From: an uncultured Acidobacteriota bacterium
GTDB lineage: Bacteria > Acidobacteriota > Vicinamibacteria > Vicinamibacterales > UBA2999
Length of the DNA stretch: 64,000 nt
Direction: 5' to 3'
Assembly (NCBI GenBank): GCA_963724485.1
Contig: CAVRUW010000018.1
Location: forward strand, 66,215 to 130,214
This document shows positions 1 through 9,332 of the stretch, in pieces. The number at the start of each line of letters is the position of its first letter. The stretch's first letter is position 1. A program made the position numbers and the translations under genes. Under the pieces are notes generated by a model. That model searched no databases. It was not told the origin of the DNA and saw only the letters and a list, made by a program, of their open reading frames with translations.

Positions 1-67
1 GTGTGGTTGCTAAAGGCAAGGATCGAAGAACTTGCCGCGCAGCCTGAAAACCCCAATTGAAATTTCT

Positions 68-145
68 GCACTGAGGCACCCAAGCACCAAAAGCACCCAG
101 GCACCAGCACCCAGGCACCCAGGCACTTGAGGCACACTAGGCACC
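68..145. repeat. Phased array of 10 GCAC(C) words with an 8-9 bp period, ending 7 nt before the mtaD start codon
   Basis: Word starts read at 68, 76, 84, 93, 101, 107, 115, 123, 132 and 141, all in the same orientation. Unit GCACCCAG occurs three times. Confidence 0.8.
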
Positions 146-151
146 AACGCT

Positions 152-1468
152 GTGTCTCTCCTTTTCCGCAACGCAACGATCCTGACGATGAACGATGCGC
201 TCGAAATTATCTCGGGCGACGTCCTGGTCGACGCGGGTCGCATCGTCGAGATCGGTAATCTCTCGGCGCGGCAGGCTTCACGCACGATCAATGCGGGTGG
301 CGGTTATCTCCTTCCGGGATTCATTCAGACGCACGTCCACCTCTGCCAGACGCTGTTTCGTGGATACGCGGACGACCTCGCGCTGATGGAATGGCTGAAG
401 ACGCGCATCTGGCCAATGGAAGCCGCTCACACGCCAGCGTCACTCGCGGCCGCAACTCGGTTGGCCGCCTCAGAACTACTCCTCGGCGGCACGACCACGG
501 TGTTGACGATGGAGACCGTGCACGATACCGAGGCCGTTTTCGAAGCGCTGGAGCCGATGGGGCTGCGAGCCGTGGTTGGCAAGTGCATGATGGACGCCGA
601 TGCGGCCGTCCCAGCGCGCCTGCTGGAACAGACCTCCGCATCGATTGACGAGAGCCTGGCGATTGCTTCACGTTGGCACGGTCGCGCCAACGGCCGGCTC
701 CGGGCGGCCTTCGCGCCGCGATTCGCCGTGTCATGTACACGCGAGCTGCTCGAGGCTGTTGGGTCGCTGTCCACCGAACGCCAGTTGCTCGTGCACACGC
801 ATGCGTCGGAGAACAAAGACGAGATCGCGCTCGTGCGATCCCGCACCGGTCGCGCGAACGTCGCCTATCTGGACGAAGTGGGCCTGGCATCTTCGAGCCT
901 CTGTCTGGCGCACTGTGTGTGGGTGGACGAATCGGAGCAGGAGCTGATCGCGAGCCGGCAGGTCAAGGTCCTCCACTGCCCAGGATCGAACCTCAAGCTC
1001 GCGTCAGGAATCGCTCCAATCGTTGAAATGCGGAAGCGCGGAATTTCAGTCTCGCTGGGAGCTGACGGCGCCGCGTGTAACAACCAGCTCGACATGTTTG
1101 CGGAGATGCGGCTTGCCGGCGGCCTCCAGGCAGTCGCTGTCGGCCCGGGCGCGATCCGCGCAGCCGATCTTCTGCAAATGGCCACACGCGAAGGGGCTCG
1201 TGCCCTCGGACTCGATGATCAACTCGGATCGATCGAAGTCGGTAAACGTGCCGATCTGATCCTGATCGACCGCGATCGACCGCATTTGGCGACCAGCCCC
1301 GACCCTGTGTCGGCCATCGTCTATTCGGCGCGGCCATCCGACGTCCGAACGACCGTCGTCGACGGCGAGCTGCTGGTTGACGACTTCCGCCTCGTTCGGG
1401 AAGACGTGCCGGCGATTGTCGCGGCCGCGCTCGCCGAGGCTACGGCGTTGGCCGCGCGGGCGTTTTGA
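152..1468 (+). CDS. mtaD: Amidohydrolase, 5-methylthioadenosine/S-adenosylhomocysteine deaminase-like
   Basis: 438-aa ORF with a GTG start. Metal-binding motif GFIQTHVHLCQTLFRG, plus HASE and GADGAACNN motifs typical of the MtaD/guanine deaminase amidohydrolase family. Confidence 0.8.
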   Translation: MSLLFRNATILTMNDALEIISGDVLVDAGRIVEIGNLSARQASRTINAGGGYLLPGFIQTHVHLCQTLFRGYADDLALMEWLKTRIWPMEAAHTPASLAAATRLAASELLLGGTTTVLTMETVHDTEAVFEALEPMGLRAVVGKCMMDADAAVPARLLEQTSASIDESLAIASRWHGRANGRLRAAFAPRFAVSCTRELLEAVGSLSTERQLLVHTHASENKDEIALVRSRTGRANVAYLDEVGLASSSLCLAHCVWVDESEQELIASRQVKVLHCPGSNLKLASGIAPIVEMRKRGISVSLGADGAACNNQLDMFAEMRLAGGLQAVAVGPGAIRAADLLQMATREGARALGLDDQLGSIEVGKRADLILIDRDRPHLATSPDPVSAIVYSARPSDVRTTVVDGELLVDDFRLVREDVPAIVAAALAEATALAARAF

Positions 1469-1469
1469 A

Positions 1470-1720
1470 CTTCGAGCCGCGATCGGCGCTCAACGGGGTT
1501 CGCTGCTTCGATTGATCGTTCGGCAAGGCTTGGTCACCGCCGCCATTGGCGTCATCGTCGGCATCGGCGCCAGCATCGCCGCGACACAAGGCTTGGGAGC
1601 GATGCTGTATGAAACCCGGCGAACGATCCGCAACGTTCGCCATCACGGGCACGCTCCTGCTGGTCGTCGCAACGGTGGCCGCTTACTCCCGGCCCGGCTC
1701 TAGCGCAGAATCCAGCTGAA
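1470..1720 (+). pseudogene. 3' remnant of an FtsX/ADOP-type ABC permease gene, multiply frameshifted and lacking the N-terminal part
   Basis: GAQRGSLLRLIVRQGLVTAAIGVIVGIGASIAATQGLGAMLYE parallels the C-terminus of the intact copy at 44912..47548 (LGASRWDIVRLVLTRGLLMAGGGLLVGLIGSIGSAQLLRRFLF). The following motif pieces NDP, ATFAITGTLLLVVATVAAY and LPARL lie in three different frames. The remnant starts right after the mtaD stop. Confidence 0.55.
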
Positions 1721-1784
1721 CCTTCGTGAGAACCTCCGTAAAGAACCACCGTAAAGACCTTCGAAAAGAACCCCCGTTCAAACC
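1718..1784. repeat. Array of 6 GAACC-type words with a 12-13 bp period (unit about GAACCTCCGTAAA) upstream of hrcA
   Basis: Words at 1718, 1730, 1743, 1756 (GACC), 1768 and 1780 (AAACC). Same unit as the rpsT-upstream array at 14393..14556. Confidence 0.75.
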
Positions 1785-1794
1785 CCTGCTATAA

Positions 1795-1821
1795 TTAGCA
1801 GTCGAGACTCTCGACTGCTAA
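1795..1821 (+). promoter_or_regulatory. CIRCE operator (HrcA binding site), preceded by a TATAAT box at 1790..1795
   Basis: TTAGCAGTC-N9-GACTGCTAA is a perfect inverted repeat matching the CIRCE consensus TTAGCACTC-N9-GAGTGCTAA. It ends 1 nt before the hrcA ATG. Confidence 0.9.
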
Positions 1822-2871
1822 ATGATCTCTCCGGCGCTTTCCGACCGGACGCGGCGCATTCTTGCGGCGCTCATCCGCGAGTACATCGAGACTGGTGAAC
1901 CTGTGGCGTCCGCGGCGTTGACGCGGCGCACCGGCCTCACCGTGTCTTCCGCCACGATCCGCAACGTGCTGGCCCAGCTCGAAGAGATGGGCTTCGTGTG
2001 GCAGCCCCACACGTCTGCCGGACGTGTGCCGACGGACCTCGGCTATAGGTTTTTCGTCGACCTGCTGCTCGAGACGAAGCGGGCAACCAAGGACGCTTCC
2101 GGTGTCGAAGCTCGGCTTCGCCAGCAGGCCGGCGATTCGCCGCTCATCGATGACCTGCTCTCCAGCGCCTCACATGTGCTGTCGGAAGTGTCGAGGCATG
2201 TCGGATTTGCCATCGCACCAGCCAATGCGGATGCGGTATTTCATCGCATCGAGTTCGTGCCGCTGAGCCGCAATCGAATCCTCGTGGTCATGGTGGCGAG
2301 GGGCAATCAGGTATCGCAGAAGACCATCGACATGGGCGAGGAGGTCGACCCGAGCGAGCTCGTGCGGGCGGCCAATTACCTGAACGAGCAGTTTTGCGGT
2401 CAGACTCTCGATCAAGTGCGCGAGGGTGTACTCTCGCGCCTTCGCGAAGACCGCACGCTGTACGATCAGCTGCTCGGTTTGGCGCTCCGGCTTGCGAGCA
2501 GCTCGCTCGAGAACCTCGAGCGGACGACGGTTAGCGTTGAGGGCACGTCATCACTGCTCGAAGAGGTGGTCCGGGCGAGCGGTCTTTCGCCCTCCACACT
2601 CCGGGCATTGCTGGTCATGGTCGAAGAGAAACAGCGCCTGGTCCGAATGTTGAACGAGTACATCGATGGCCCCGGCTTGACCGTGGTCATTGGCGCTGAG
2701 CACAGCGATCCGGAGATGCGACCGTTCAGCTTGATCGCCTCGACATACTTCGATGGACGAAGCACCGGCATGGTCGGCGTCATCGGTCCAACACGAATGC
2801 GATATTCCCAGACGATCGACGTCGTCGAGAACGCCGCCAAGGCGATGGGAAAGGTGCTCCGCGATAACTAG
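1822..2871 (+). CDS. hrcA: Heat-inducible transcription repressor HrcA
   Basis: 349 aa. The N-terminal winged-helix region LSDRTRRILAALIREYIETGEPVASAAL is typical of HrcA. Operon context with grpE and dnaJ, and CIRCE lies upstream. Confidence 0.95.
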   Translation: MISPALSDRTRRILAALIREYIETGEPVASAALTRRTGLTVSSATIRNVLAQLEEMGFVWQPHTSAGRVPTDLGYRFFVDLLLETKRATKDASGVEARLRQQAGDSPLIDDLLSSASHVLSEVSRHVGFAIAPANADAVFHRIEFVPLSRNRILVVMVARGNQVSQKTIDMGEEVDPSELVRAANYLNEQFCGQTLDQVREGVLSRLREDRTLYDQLLGLALRLASSSLENLERTTVSVEGTSSLLEEVVRASGLSPSTLRALLVMVEEKQRLVRMLNEYIDGPGLTVVIGAEHSDPEMRPFSLIASTYFDGRSTGMVGVIGPTRMRYSQTIDVVENAAKAMGKVLRDN

Positions 2872-2903
2872 ATCCTGATAACTTGACCTTCGGTGTGTGT
2901 GAC

Positions 2904-3461
2904 ATGTCCAGCAAGACCAGATCAATCGACGAGATGAACGATAAACACGACAACGAGCCTGATCAGGAAGAGGCACCAGCCGACGCCGTCGAGAATGGCG
3001 AAGACGAACGCACCCCCCTCGAGTCAATGACTCGCGAACGGGACGAAATACGCGATCGTCTTTTACGAAAGACGGCCGAGTTCGACAACTACCGTAAGCG
3101 TGTCGACAAAGAACGCCGCGAACTGAGCGAGTGGGCCGCGGCCGAGGTGCTGACCGATCTGGTTGCGATCCTCGACGATTTCGATCGGGCGTTGGCGGCC
3201 GATGCTCCGGCCGAAGCGCAGCCGTACCTGGCAGGCGTGGAGTTGATTCATCGCCAGCTTGGAGAATTGCTGCGCAAGCGCGGTGTCACAGCCATCGAGA
3301 CGCTGGGCACCGACTTCGATCCACACTTGCACCAGGCAGTCGCGTACGAAGAGACACCGGGAGCGCGCGAAGGAGAGGTCGTCGGCGAGATGCGCAAAGG
3401 GTATCGTTTGGGTGAAAGACTGCTGCGGCCTGCTCTCGTCCGCGTCGCCAAAGCATCGTGA
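2904..3461 (+). CDS. grpE: Nucleotide exchange factor GrpE
   Basis: GrpE motifs [19 protein letters not shown] and DPHLHQAV...[19 protein letters not shown] at 2904 preferred over the TTG at 2883. Confidence 0.9.
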   Translation: MSSKTRSIDEMNDKHDNEPDQEEAPADAVENGEDERTPLESMTRERDEIRDRLLRKTAEFDNYRKRVDKERRELSEWAAAEVLTDLVAILDDFDRALAADAPAEAQPYLAGVELIHRQLGELLRKRGVTAIETLGTDFDPHLHQAVAYEETPGAREGEVVGEMRKGYRLGERLLRPALVRVAKAS

Positions 3462-4603
3462 GCAAACGCGATTACTACGCCGTGCTGGGGCTCGCCCGTG
3501 ACGCGAGCGACCAGGATATCAAGAGTGCGTACCGCAAGCTCGCGCTCAAGTACCACCCCGATCGCAATGCCGGGGACAAGACCGCGGAAGATAGGTTCAA
3601 GGAAGCTGCCGAGGCCTATTCGGTTCTGGCGGACTCTGACAAACGCGCCCGCTACGATCGGTTCGGTCACGCCGCGGTCGCGGGCAGTGGAGCTGGTGCC
3701 GGCGGCTTCGATCCCACGATCTTCGCCGAGTTCGACGACATCTTCGGCAGCATCGGAGACATTTTTGGTTTCGGCGGCATGTTTGGCGGCCGCCGTCGCA
3801 GTGGCCCGCAACGTGGAGCCGACCTGCGCTACGACCTCGAGATTTCCTTCGAGCAGTCGGCCGCAGGCGCCGAAACGATCATCCAGATTCCGCGTCATGA
3901 GACCTGTGAGACGTGCAGTGGATCGGGAGCCGCACCAGGATCGTCCCCGACCACGTGTCCTCAGTGCCGTGGCACCGGTCAGCTTCGCTACCAGCAAGGG
4001 TTTTTCACCGTGGCGCGCACGTGTGGACAGTGCCGCGGCAGCGGCCGCGTGGTCGCCAATCCGTGCCAGACGTGTCGTGGCGCCGGGGCTATCGAGCGGC
4101 TGCGAAAGCTGACCGTCAAAGTTCCGCCCGGCATTGCGACCGGGCAGCGACTGCGCTTGACCGGTGAAGGCGAAGCCGGGGCTCAAGGCGGCCCGCCGGG
4201 CGACCTCTACGTGGTCATCTCGGTTCAGGAGCATTCGTTTTTTACCCGGGATGGCAACGACCTCGCGTGCGAAATTCCGGTGAACTTCACCACCCTGGTG
4301 CTCGGCGGCGAGATCAAAGTGCCGAACGTCTCGGGCGAACCACAGTCGCTGAAGATTCCGGACGGCACCGCAACTGGCTCGGTGTTTCGATTGCGAGGCA
4401 AGGGAATGCCGGACGTGGCTGGCCGCGGACGCGGTGATCTGCTGGTCACCGTGCAAGCCATCACGCCTCGAAAGCTCACGCGCGATCAACGCAAGCTGCT
4501 CGAACAGTTTGCCTCGACCTTACCAGCGCAGGAATTCGAGCCGACTCCCCGAGAAGCAGACGACCGGGGCCTCTTCGACAAGGTCAAAGACATCTTTGGG
4601 TGA
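3458..4603 (+). CDS. dnaJ: Molecular chaperone DnaJ
   Basis: J domain (DYYAVLG...YHPDRN), a G/F-rich region and four CxxCxGxG zinc-finger repeats. The GTG start overlaps the grpE stop. Confidence 0.95.
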   Translation: MSKRDYYAVLGLARDASDQDIKSAYRKLALKYHPDRNAGDKTAEDRFKEAAEAYSVLADSDKRARYDRFGHAAVAGSGAGAGGFDPTIFAEFDDIFGSIGDIFGFGGMFGGRRRSGPQRGADLRYDLEISFEQSAAGAETIIQIPRHETCETCSGSGAAPGSSPTTCPQCRGTGQLRYQQGFFTVARTCGQCRGSGRVVANPCQTCRGAGAIERLRKLTVKVPPGIATGQRLRLTGEGEAGAQGGPPGDLYVVISVQEHSFFTRDGNDLACEIPVNFTTLVLGGEIKVPNVSGEPQSLKIPDGTATGSVFRLRGKGMPDVAGRGRGDLLVTVQAITPRKLTRDQRKLLEQFASTLPAQEFEPTPREADDRGLFDKVKDIFG

Positions 4604-5513
4604 GTCGAAGGTCTGGCCCGCTCTCCATCTGAAGAGCAGCGCGATCGACCTCGACCTTCCTGACCTGCTCTGGAGCACGCTCGACGAGTTCGCGCCGGTG
4701 GCCGTGCAGGATCTCGCCGAGCAGCCCTTGCCGCCGGGCGGCCTGTGGGATCCCACTTTCCCACCTCCGCCTGATCCACCGCCCGCGCCACTCGACTGGC
4801 GCGTCTTTTTTGCGAACCGTCGCGATCGCGACTTGGCCGCCACCGCACTCAGAGGATCGCATCCCACCCTGAGCGTCTCTGAAGACGACGTTCCAGATGA
4901 GGATTGGGCGGCGCGCTCTCAGCGGGAAGTCACCTCGATCCGCGCTGGCAGGTTCGTCGTGGCCCCGCCGTGGGATCTGCCGTCGAAACTCGTCGAGGGC
5001 GCGACGCTGATTGTCATCGAACCATCTCGCGGATTCGGGACAGGGCATCATGCCAGCACAAGATTGTGTCTTCGTGGTCTCTCGGACATCGATGTTCGCG
5101 GGCGACGCGCGTTGGACCTGGGAACAGGATCTGGTGTGCTGGCAATGGCCGCCGCGTTTCGAGGCGCGCGACAGGTCGTGGCAATCGACGTCGATCCAGA
5201 TGCCATTGAAGCCGCGCAAAGCAGCCTGGCGCTCAACGCAGGAACGTGGCCCGTTGAGTGGCTCGTTGGCGACTATCGCACCGGAGGCCTCGCACACGCG
5301 AAAGAACCTTGGGACGTCGTGGTGGCCAATCTCACCGGCGGCATGCTGACCTCATCCGCCGCCAGGATTCGCGAATTGCTGGCCTCGCCTGGCCATTTGA
5401 TCGTCAGTGGCTTCGACGAACGCGAACGCGCCGGCGTCGAATCTGCGCTGGCACTCCAACCCGTGGCGACGTTCGTCGAAGACGGCTGGGTCGGTCTGGT
5501 GCTATCCACCTAG
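4596..5513 (+). CDS. prmA: Ribosomal protein L11 methyltransferase
   Basis: PrmA motifs [19 protein letters not shown] and SAM-binding [15 protein letters not shown]. The start is uncertain; the TTG at 4596 overlapping the dnaJ stop was chosen because the upstream part of ORF 4434.. overlaps dnaJ. Confidence 0.75.
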   Translation: MGESKVWPALHLKSSAIDLDLPDLLWSTLDEFAPVAVQDLAEQPLPPGGLWDPTFPPPPDPPPAPLDWRVFFANRRDRDLAATALRGSHPTLSVSEDDVPDEDWAARSQREVTSIRAGRFVVAPPWDLPSKLVEGATLIVIEPSRGFGTGHHASTRLCLRGLSDIDVRGRRALDLGTGSGVLAMAAAFRGARQVVAIDVDPDAIEAAQSSLALNAGTWPVEWLVGDYRTGGLAHAKEPWDVVVANLTGGMLTSSAARIRELLASPGHLIVSGFDERERAGVESALALQPVATFVEDGWVGLVLST

Positions 5514-6274
5514 CCGACAGGCTTCTGCTGGTTTTTCGCGCGGCGCTCGTTCCACCCGTCGATCAGCCGCCGCATCTCCTTGAGCGGCTCGGGGCTGTCA
5601 TCGACCTGAAGTCGCAACACCACATCGTTGTTGAGCCACACGCCCATCCCCTTTCCGACGATGAGCACGGCTGCGGATTGCATCCCGCGTTTGTCGCCAC
5701 CGGCGGCCTGGCCGGCGTCGAGAGCCGCCATCAGTCGCGTCGAGAGGTGACCGGAGGTTTCCTCGAATGCCTTCACCATGTTGTCGACCACTGGCTGCCC
5801 CGCGAGGATGTTGCCTTGTGCGGTGGCGAATTTGCCCTGACGATGACCCGCCCACGCGGAGGCTTTCTGACCCGTGAACACGGCTGTGTTTCCCTTCGCG
5901 TCGATGACAGCAAACTGTCGCCCCTGCTTGGTCCAGTTCTCCGGCCGCGGATCCGGATCGCTATCCCAAATCGCTTTGATGATCGCTTCGGGTGCCATTC
6001 CGGCGCGCAGCAACGCGAGCCCTTTGGGGCCGTAGCTGACGTCGACGATCGCCTGCGTCGCCACGACGCCAACTCCCGCCTCGCCCCACAACACGCCGTT
6101 CCCGACTGAGAACACTCGCGACTGAACGGCGCCGCCCACTTCTCCCGTGGCCGGATCGAATCCCAGGATCGAAAACGTCGCGACAGGATCCGGCATCGCC
6201 TGTTGCGCCAGACCAATAACGTCACCCACCCCCATCGCCGCGAACAAGACGATTGCAATCCCTGCACGCTTCAT
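5510..6274 (-). CDS. DUF1028 family (Ntn-hydrolase-like) secreted protein
   Basis: Signal peptide MKRAGIAIVLFAAMG, then TFSILGFDPATGEVGGAVQSRVFSVG, which is typical of DUF1028. Confidence 0.7.
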   Translation of the reverse strand: MKRAGIAIVLFAAMGVGDVIGLAQQAMPDPVATFSILGFDPATGEVGGAVQSRVFSVGNGVLWGEAGVGVVATQAIVDVSYGPKGLALLRAGMAPEAIIKAIWDSDPDPRPENWTKQGRQFAVIDAKGNTAVFTGQKASAWAGHRQGKFATAQGNILAGQPVVDNMVKAFEETSGHLSTRLMAALDAGQAAGGDKRGMQSAAVLIVGKGMGVWLNNDVVLRLQVDDSPEPLKEMRRLIDGWNERRAKNQQKPVG

Positions 6275-6387
6275 GACCACTCCTGCTTCAACCTCGCCCT
6301 GCACAGCGCCCTGTGGCCGGCCGCCATCGGCCAGTGGCCTACCAACTTACTGAAAGACCGACAGCGATCACGAACGATGCACAGAAA

Positions 6388-6433
6388 CGCGGAAACACTG
6401 AAAATAGTTTTCCGGTGCTTCCGTGTTTCCGCG
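6388..6433 (-). terminator. Hairpin downstream of rsmE (11-bp perfect stem CGCGGAAACAC/GTGTTTCCGCG)
   Basis: Inverted repeat read at 6388-6398 and 6423-6433. On the minus strand it is followed by TTTCTGTGC. It lies between the rsmE stop and the DUF1028 start. Confidence 0.4.
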
Positions 6434-6463
6434 CATCGTACGTAGTCCTCATCGCGCAAACCG

Positions 6464-7202
6464 CTAGAGATCGCCCCAGACCGTACGCAGCGCCGTAATC
6501 GCCACCAGCGGGGCGGCATCGGCGCGAAGCGTCAGCGCCCCCAACGTCGCGAGTTGAACGCCGTTTCCGTGTGCGGCCTCGAGTTCGGACGACGCCCAAC
6601 CACCTTCGGGACCTACGAACAATACCGCCTCATTGGACCGCGGGAGATCGTGAAGCCTCCGAGCGCCCGAGACGTTGGCATTCGGCTCGACCAACATGAT
6701 CCGCGGCGCGGTAGAAGATTCTTCGAGGAGATCCACGACCCGGACGGGCGCCCCGACGTCTGGTACTGACCGATCGACCACACTGCTTGGCCGACGCAAC
6801 CGCGATGCGGCGCCATCGCTCGACTCGGTGACCGCGCTCGACGACTTTTGGTGAGAACTCGACCCGCTCACTGACGAATGTCATGATTCGGCTCACGCCG
6901 AGCATCACTGCGTCCCGCACCACGTCATCCATCTTGTCGCCCTTCAGCAGCGCTACCGCTAGCGTCACACTCACCTGCGGCTCGACGGCAGGCGCTATCG
7001 ACGCCTCGAGCTGTACTCGCGCGTGCGATTTGCCAATCTCGTCCACCCGGCCGCGCCACTCATGGCCTCGCCCGTCGAACACCTGAATGGCATCGCCGGC
7101 TCTGAGTCGCAACACGTGAACCAGGTGCGCCGCTTCATCGTCCGGCAATTGCACGACTGAGCCCGGTGAATCGGCATCGGGCACAAAGAAGCGCGGTAAC
7201 AC
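6464..7202 (-). pseudogene. rsmE: 16S rRNA (uracil1498-N3)-methyltransferase RsmE, reading frame broken near 6755-6775
   Basis: The N-terminal PUA-like part (RFFVPDA...LLKGDKMDDVVRDAVMLGV...AKQCGRS) is in the frame of ORF 6630..7283. The C-terminal SPOUT part (VPDVGAPV...LFVGPEGGWASSELE...LGALTLRADAAPLVA) is in the frame of ORF 6464..6871, which is offset by 1 nt. Confidence 0.8.
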
Positions 7203-7239
7203 GGGGTGAGTATACGGAGAGGCTCTATACTTTGCAGAC

Positions 7240-8262
7240 ATGTTTCTCCGCGGCCAGACCATTGGAAAGTACCGCATCGTCACGCCGCTCGGAAGTGGAG
7301 GCTTCGGTGCCGTCTACCTTGCGGAGGACACCTGGATTGACAAGAAGGTCGCGATCAAGATTCCCCATCGTCAGAACCTGGACTTCGGGGAGCTGTTGCG
7401 CGAGCCTCGATTGCTCGCCAGCCTGAATCATCCCAACATCGTCACGGTCCTGACCGCCGAAAAGCAGGACAACACGTTCTTCATCGTGATGGAGTACGTC
7501 GCCGGTGAAACCCTCGAGCAGATCATCGAGCGCGAGGGTGCCCTCGACCTGGCCCGAGCGCTCGATTACACCTGCCAGATCAGCAACGCGATGGATCACG
7601 CGCACCGGCAAGGGGTCATTCACCGGGATCTGCGGCCTGGCAACGTCCTCGTCACCGAGAACGGTATGGTCAAGGTCGCTGACTTCGGTACCTCCCGCTT
7701 TCTGGAGATCGCCGCGCACGGGACGACCGTGATCGGCAGTCCTCCGTACATGGCGCCCGAACAGTTTCAAGGCAAGGCGGTGTTCTCGTCGGATATCTAC
7801 TCGCTCGGGGTGACGATGTATCAGATGCTGACCGGGTCGTTGCCGTACGCGACGCCATCGGCCGCCGACCTCGAGAAGCTAATCAAAGGCGATCTCGCGC
7901 CGCCCCCGCGCACGCGCAACCGAAAGATCCCGAAAGGCATCAGCGACATCGTCATGAAGGCGATGGCGCCAGAGATCCCAGCGCGTTACCAACGTGCTTC
8001 CGAGGTGCTCGACGCCGTTCTCGCGGCGCGGGACAATCGCCCGACCGCCACCCGAACCACCCCGCCCGTCGCCGCTGACGGACAGGCGAGCCGGCGGCCG
8101 TGGCGTCCCGCGCCACTCGACAGTCCCGGGCCGGAGCACGTGGACGACATTCAGGCGCGGCTCAAAGCTCGCGAAGCGCCGCAGGCCCGATTTTGTTGGC
8201 ACTGTCACAAGGCCCTCCATGCCCGAACCGATCAATGTCCTTTCTGTGGCGAGGCCCAGTGA
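7240..8262 (+). CDS. Hanks-type Ser/Thr protein kinase with a C-terminal zinc-ribbon
   Basis: GxGxxG loop (LGSGGFGAVY), AIK, HRDLRPGN, DFG and APE motifs. C-terminal CWHCH...CPFCG. No transmembrane segment. Confidence 0.85.
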   Translation: MFLRGQTIGKYRIVTPLGSGGFGAVYLAEDTWIDKKVAIKIPHRQNLDFGELLREPRLLASLNHPNIVTVLTAEKQDNTFFIVMEYVAGETLEQIIEREGALDLARALDYTCQISNAMDHAHRQGVIHRDLRPGNVLVTENGMVKVADFGTSRFLEIAAHGTTVIGSPPYMAPEQFQGKAVFSSDIYSLGVTMYQMLTGSLPYATPSAADLEKLIKGDLAPPPRTRNRKIPKGISDIVMKAMAPEIPARYQRASEVLDAVLAARDNRPTATRTTPPVAADGQASRRPWRPAPLDSPGPEHVDDIQARLKAREAPQARFCWHCHKALHARTDQCPFCGEAQ

Positions 8263-8390
8263 CGGATGACGCGTATTCATCCGCAAGTGTGAAAAGATTC
8301 ATCGGCGGGTCGCCCGGAGGCGGCGTGCCGAATCGGCCGATGCACGATAATTAGAGGAGATCCTCAATCATTCGCTTTTGGGAGTAGCTC

Positions 8391-9332
8391 ATGGCTTTCA
8401 GCGAGACCGGCAAAGTCTGGATGAACGGTAAGCTCGTGGACTGGAAGGACGCGACGATGCACGTGGCCTCACACGTCGTCCACTATGGCTCTGGCGTGTT
8501 CGAAGGCATTCGTTCTTATGATTCCAAGAAGGGCGCCAACGTCTTCCGGCTGCCCGAGCACATGCGGCGGCTCATGGATTCGTGCCGCGTCTACCGGATG
8601 GAGCTGTCCTACACGATGGAGCAGCTCAATGACGCCGTGCTGGAAACGATTCGGGCCAACAACTTCAAGTCGTGCTACATCCGCCCGCTGATCTATCGAG
8701 GTTACGGTCAGCTGGGGGTCAACCCGATGCCCTGCCCCGTCGAGGCCGCCGTGATCGTCTGGGAATGGGATTCGTTCCTCGGAGAAGATGCGCTGGCCAA
8801 AGGGGTGGACGTGGGCGTGAGCTCCTGGACGCGGATTGCGCCCAACACGTTCCCCGCTATGGCCAAGGCGACCGCCAACTACGCGAACTCCGCTCTGATC
8901 AAGATGCAGGCGACCGTCGACGGCTACGCCGAGGGCATCGCTCTCGACGAATCCGGACTTCTCAGCGAAGGCAGCGGCCAGAATCTGTTCCTGGTCCGCG
9001 ACAACGTCGTCTATACCCCGTCGCTGACCTCGTCGATTCTCCAGGGGATCACCCGTGATACGGTGATCACGCTCACGCGCGATCTCGGTTTCGAGGTCAG
9101 AGAACAAGCCCTTCCGCGCGAGTTCCTGTATCTGGCCGACGAAGCGTTCTTCTGCGGAACGGCCGTCGAGATCACCCCGATCCGGTCGATCGACAAGGTG
9201 ACGGTCGCCAACGGCCGGCGTGGACCGGTCACTGCTGCATTGCAGGAGCGCTTCTTCGGCATCATCAAGGGCGACTTGCCCGATGAGCACAACTGGTTGA
9301 CGCCGGTTGGAGCAGCGGTCGCTGCCAAGTAG
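8391..9332 (+). CDS. ilvE: Branched-chain amino acid aminotransferase
   Basis: 313 aa. Class IV aminotransferase motifs (HYGSGVFEGIR, KATANYANS, EGSGQNLF, GITRD). Confidence 0.9.
   Translation: MAFSETGKVWMNGKLVDWKDATMHVASHVVHYGSGVFEGIRSYDSKKGANVFRLPEHMRRLMDSCRVYRMELSYTMEQLNDAVLETIRANNFKSCYIRPLIYRGYGQLGVNPMPCPVEAAVIVWEWDSFLGEDALAKGVDVGVSSWTRIAPNTFPAMAKATANYANSALIKMQATVDGYAEGIALDESGLLSEGSGQNLFLVRDNVVYTPSLTSSILQGITRDTVITLTRDLGFEVREQALPREFLYLADEAFFCGTAVEITPIRSIDKVTVANGRRGPVTAALQERFFGIIKGDLPDEHNWLTPVGAAVAAK

Noticed and set aside
10-291. 93-aa minus-strand ORF at the window start overlapping the GCACC array and the mtaD 5' end.
   Set aside because: It is antisense to mtaD, and its translation of the repeat region is low-complexity (LGAGAWVLLVLG). 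It is an artefact of the array.
3248-4489. Long antisense ORFs opposite real genes. Examples: 3248..4489 (-), 11172..12002 (-), 33378..34505 (+), 37637..39199 (+), 44804..46093 (-), 27644..28459 (+) and 55931..56998 (+).
   Set aside because: They lie entirely opposite genes with strong family signatures and have Arg/Ala/Gly/Pro-rich, motif-free translations typical of shadow ORFs in high-GC DNA.
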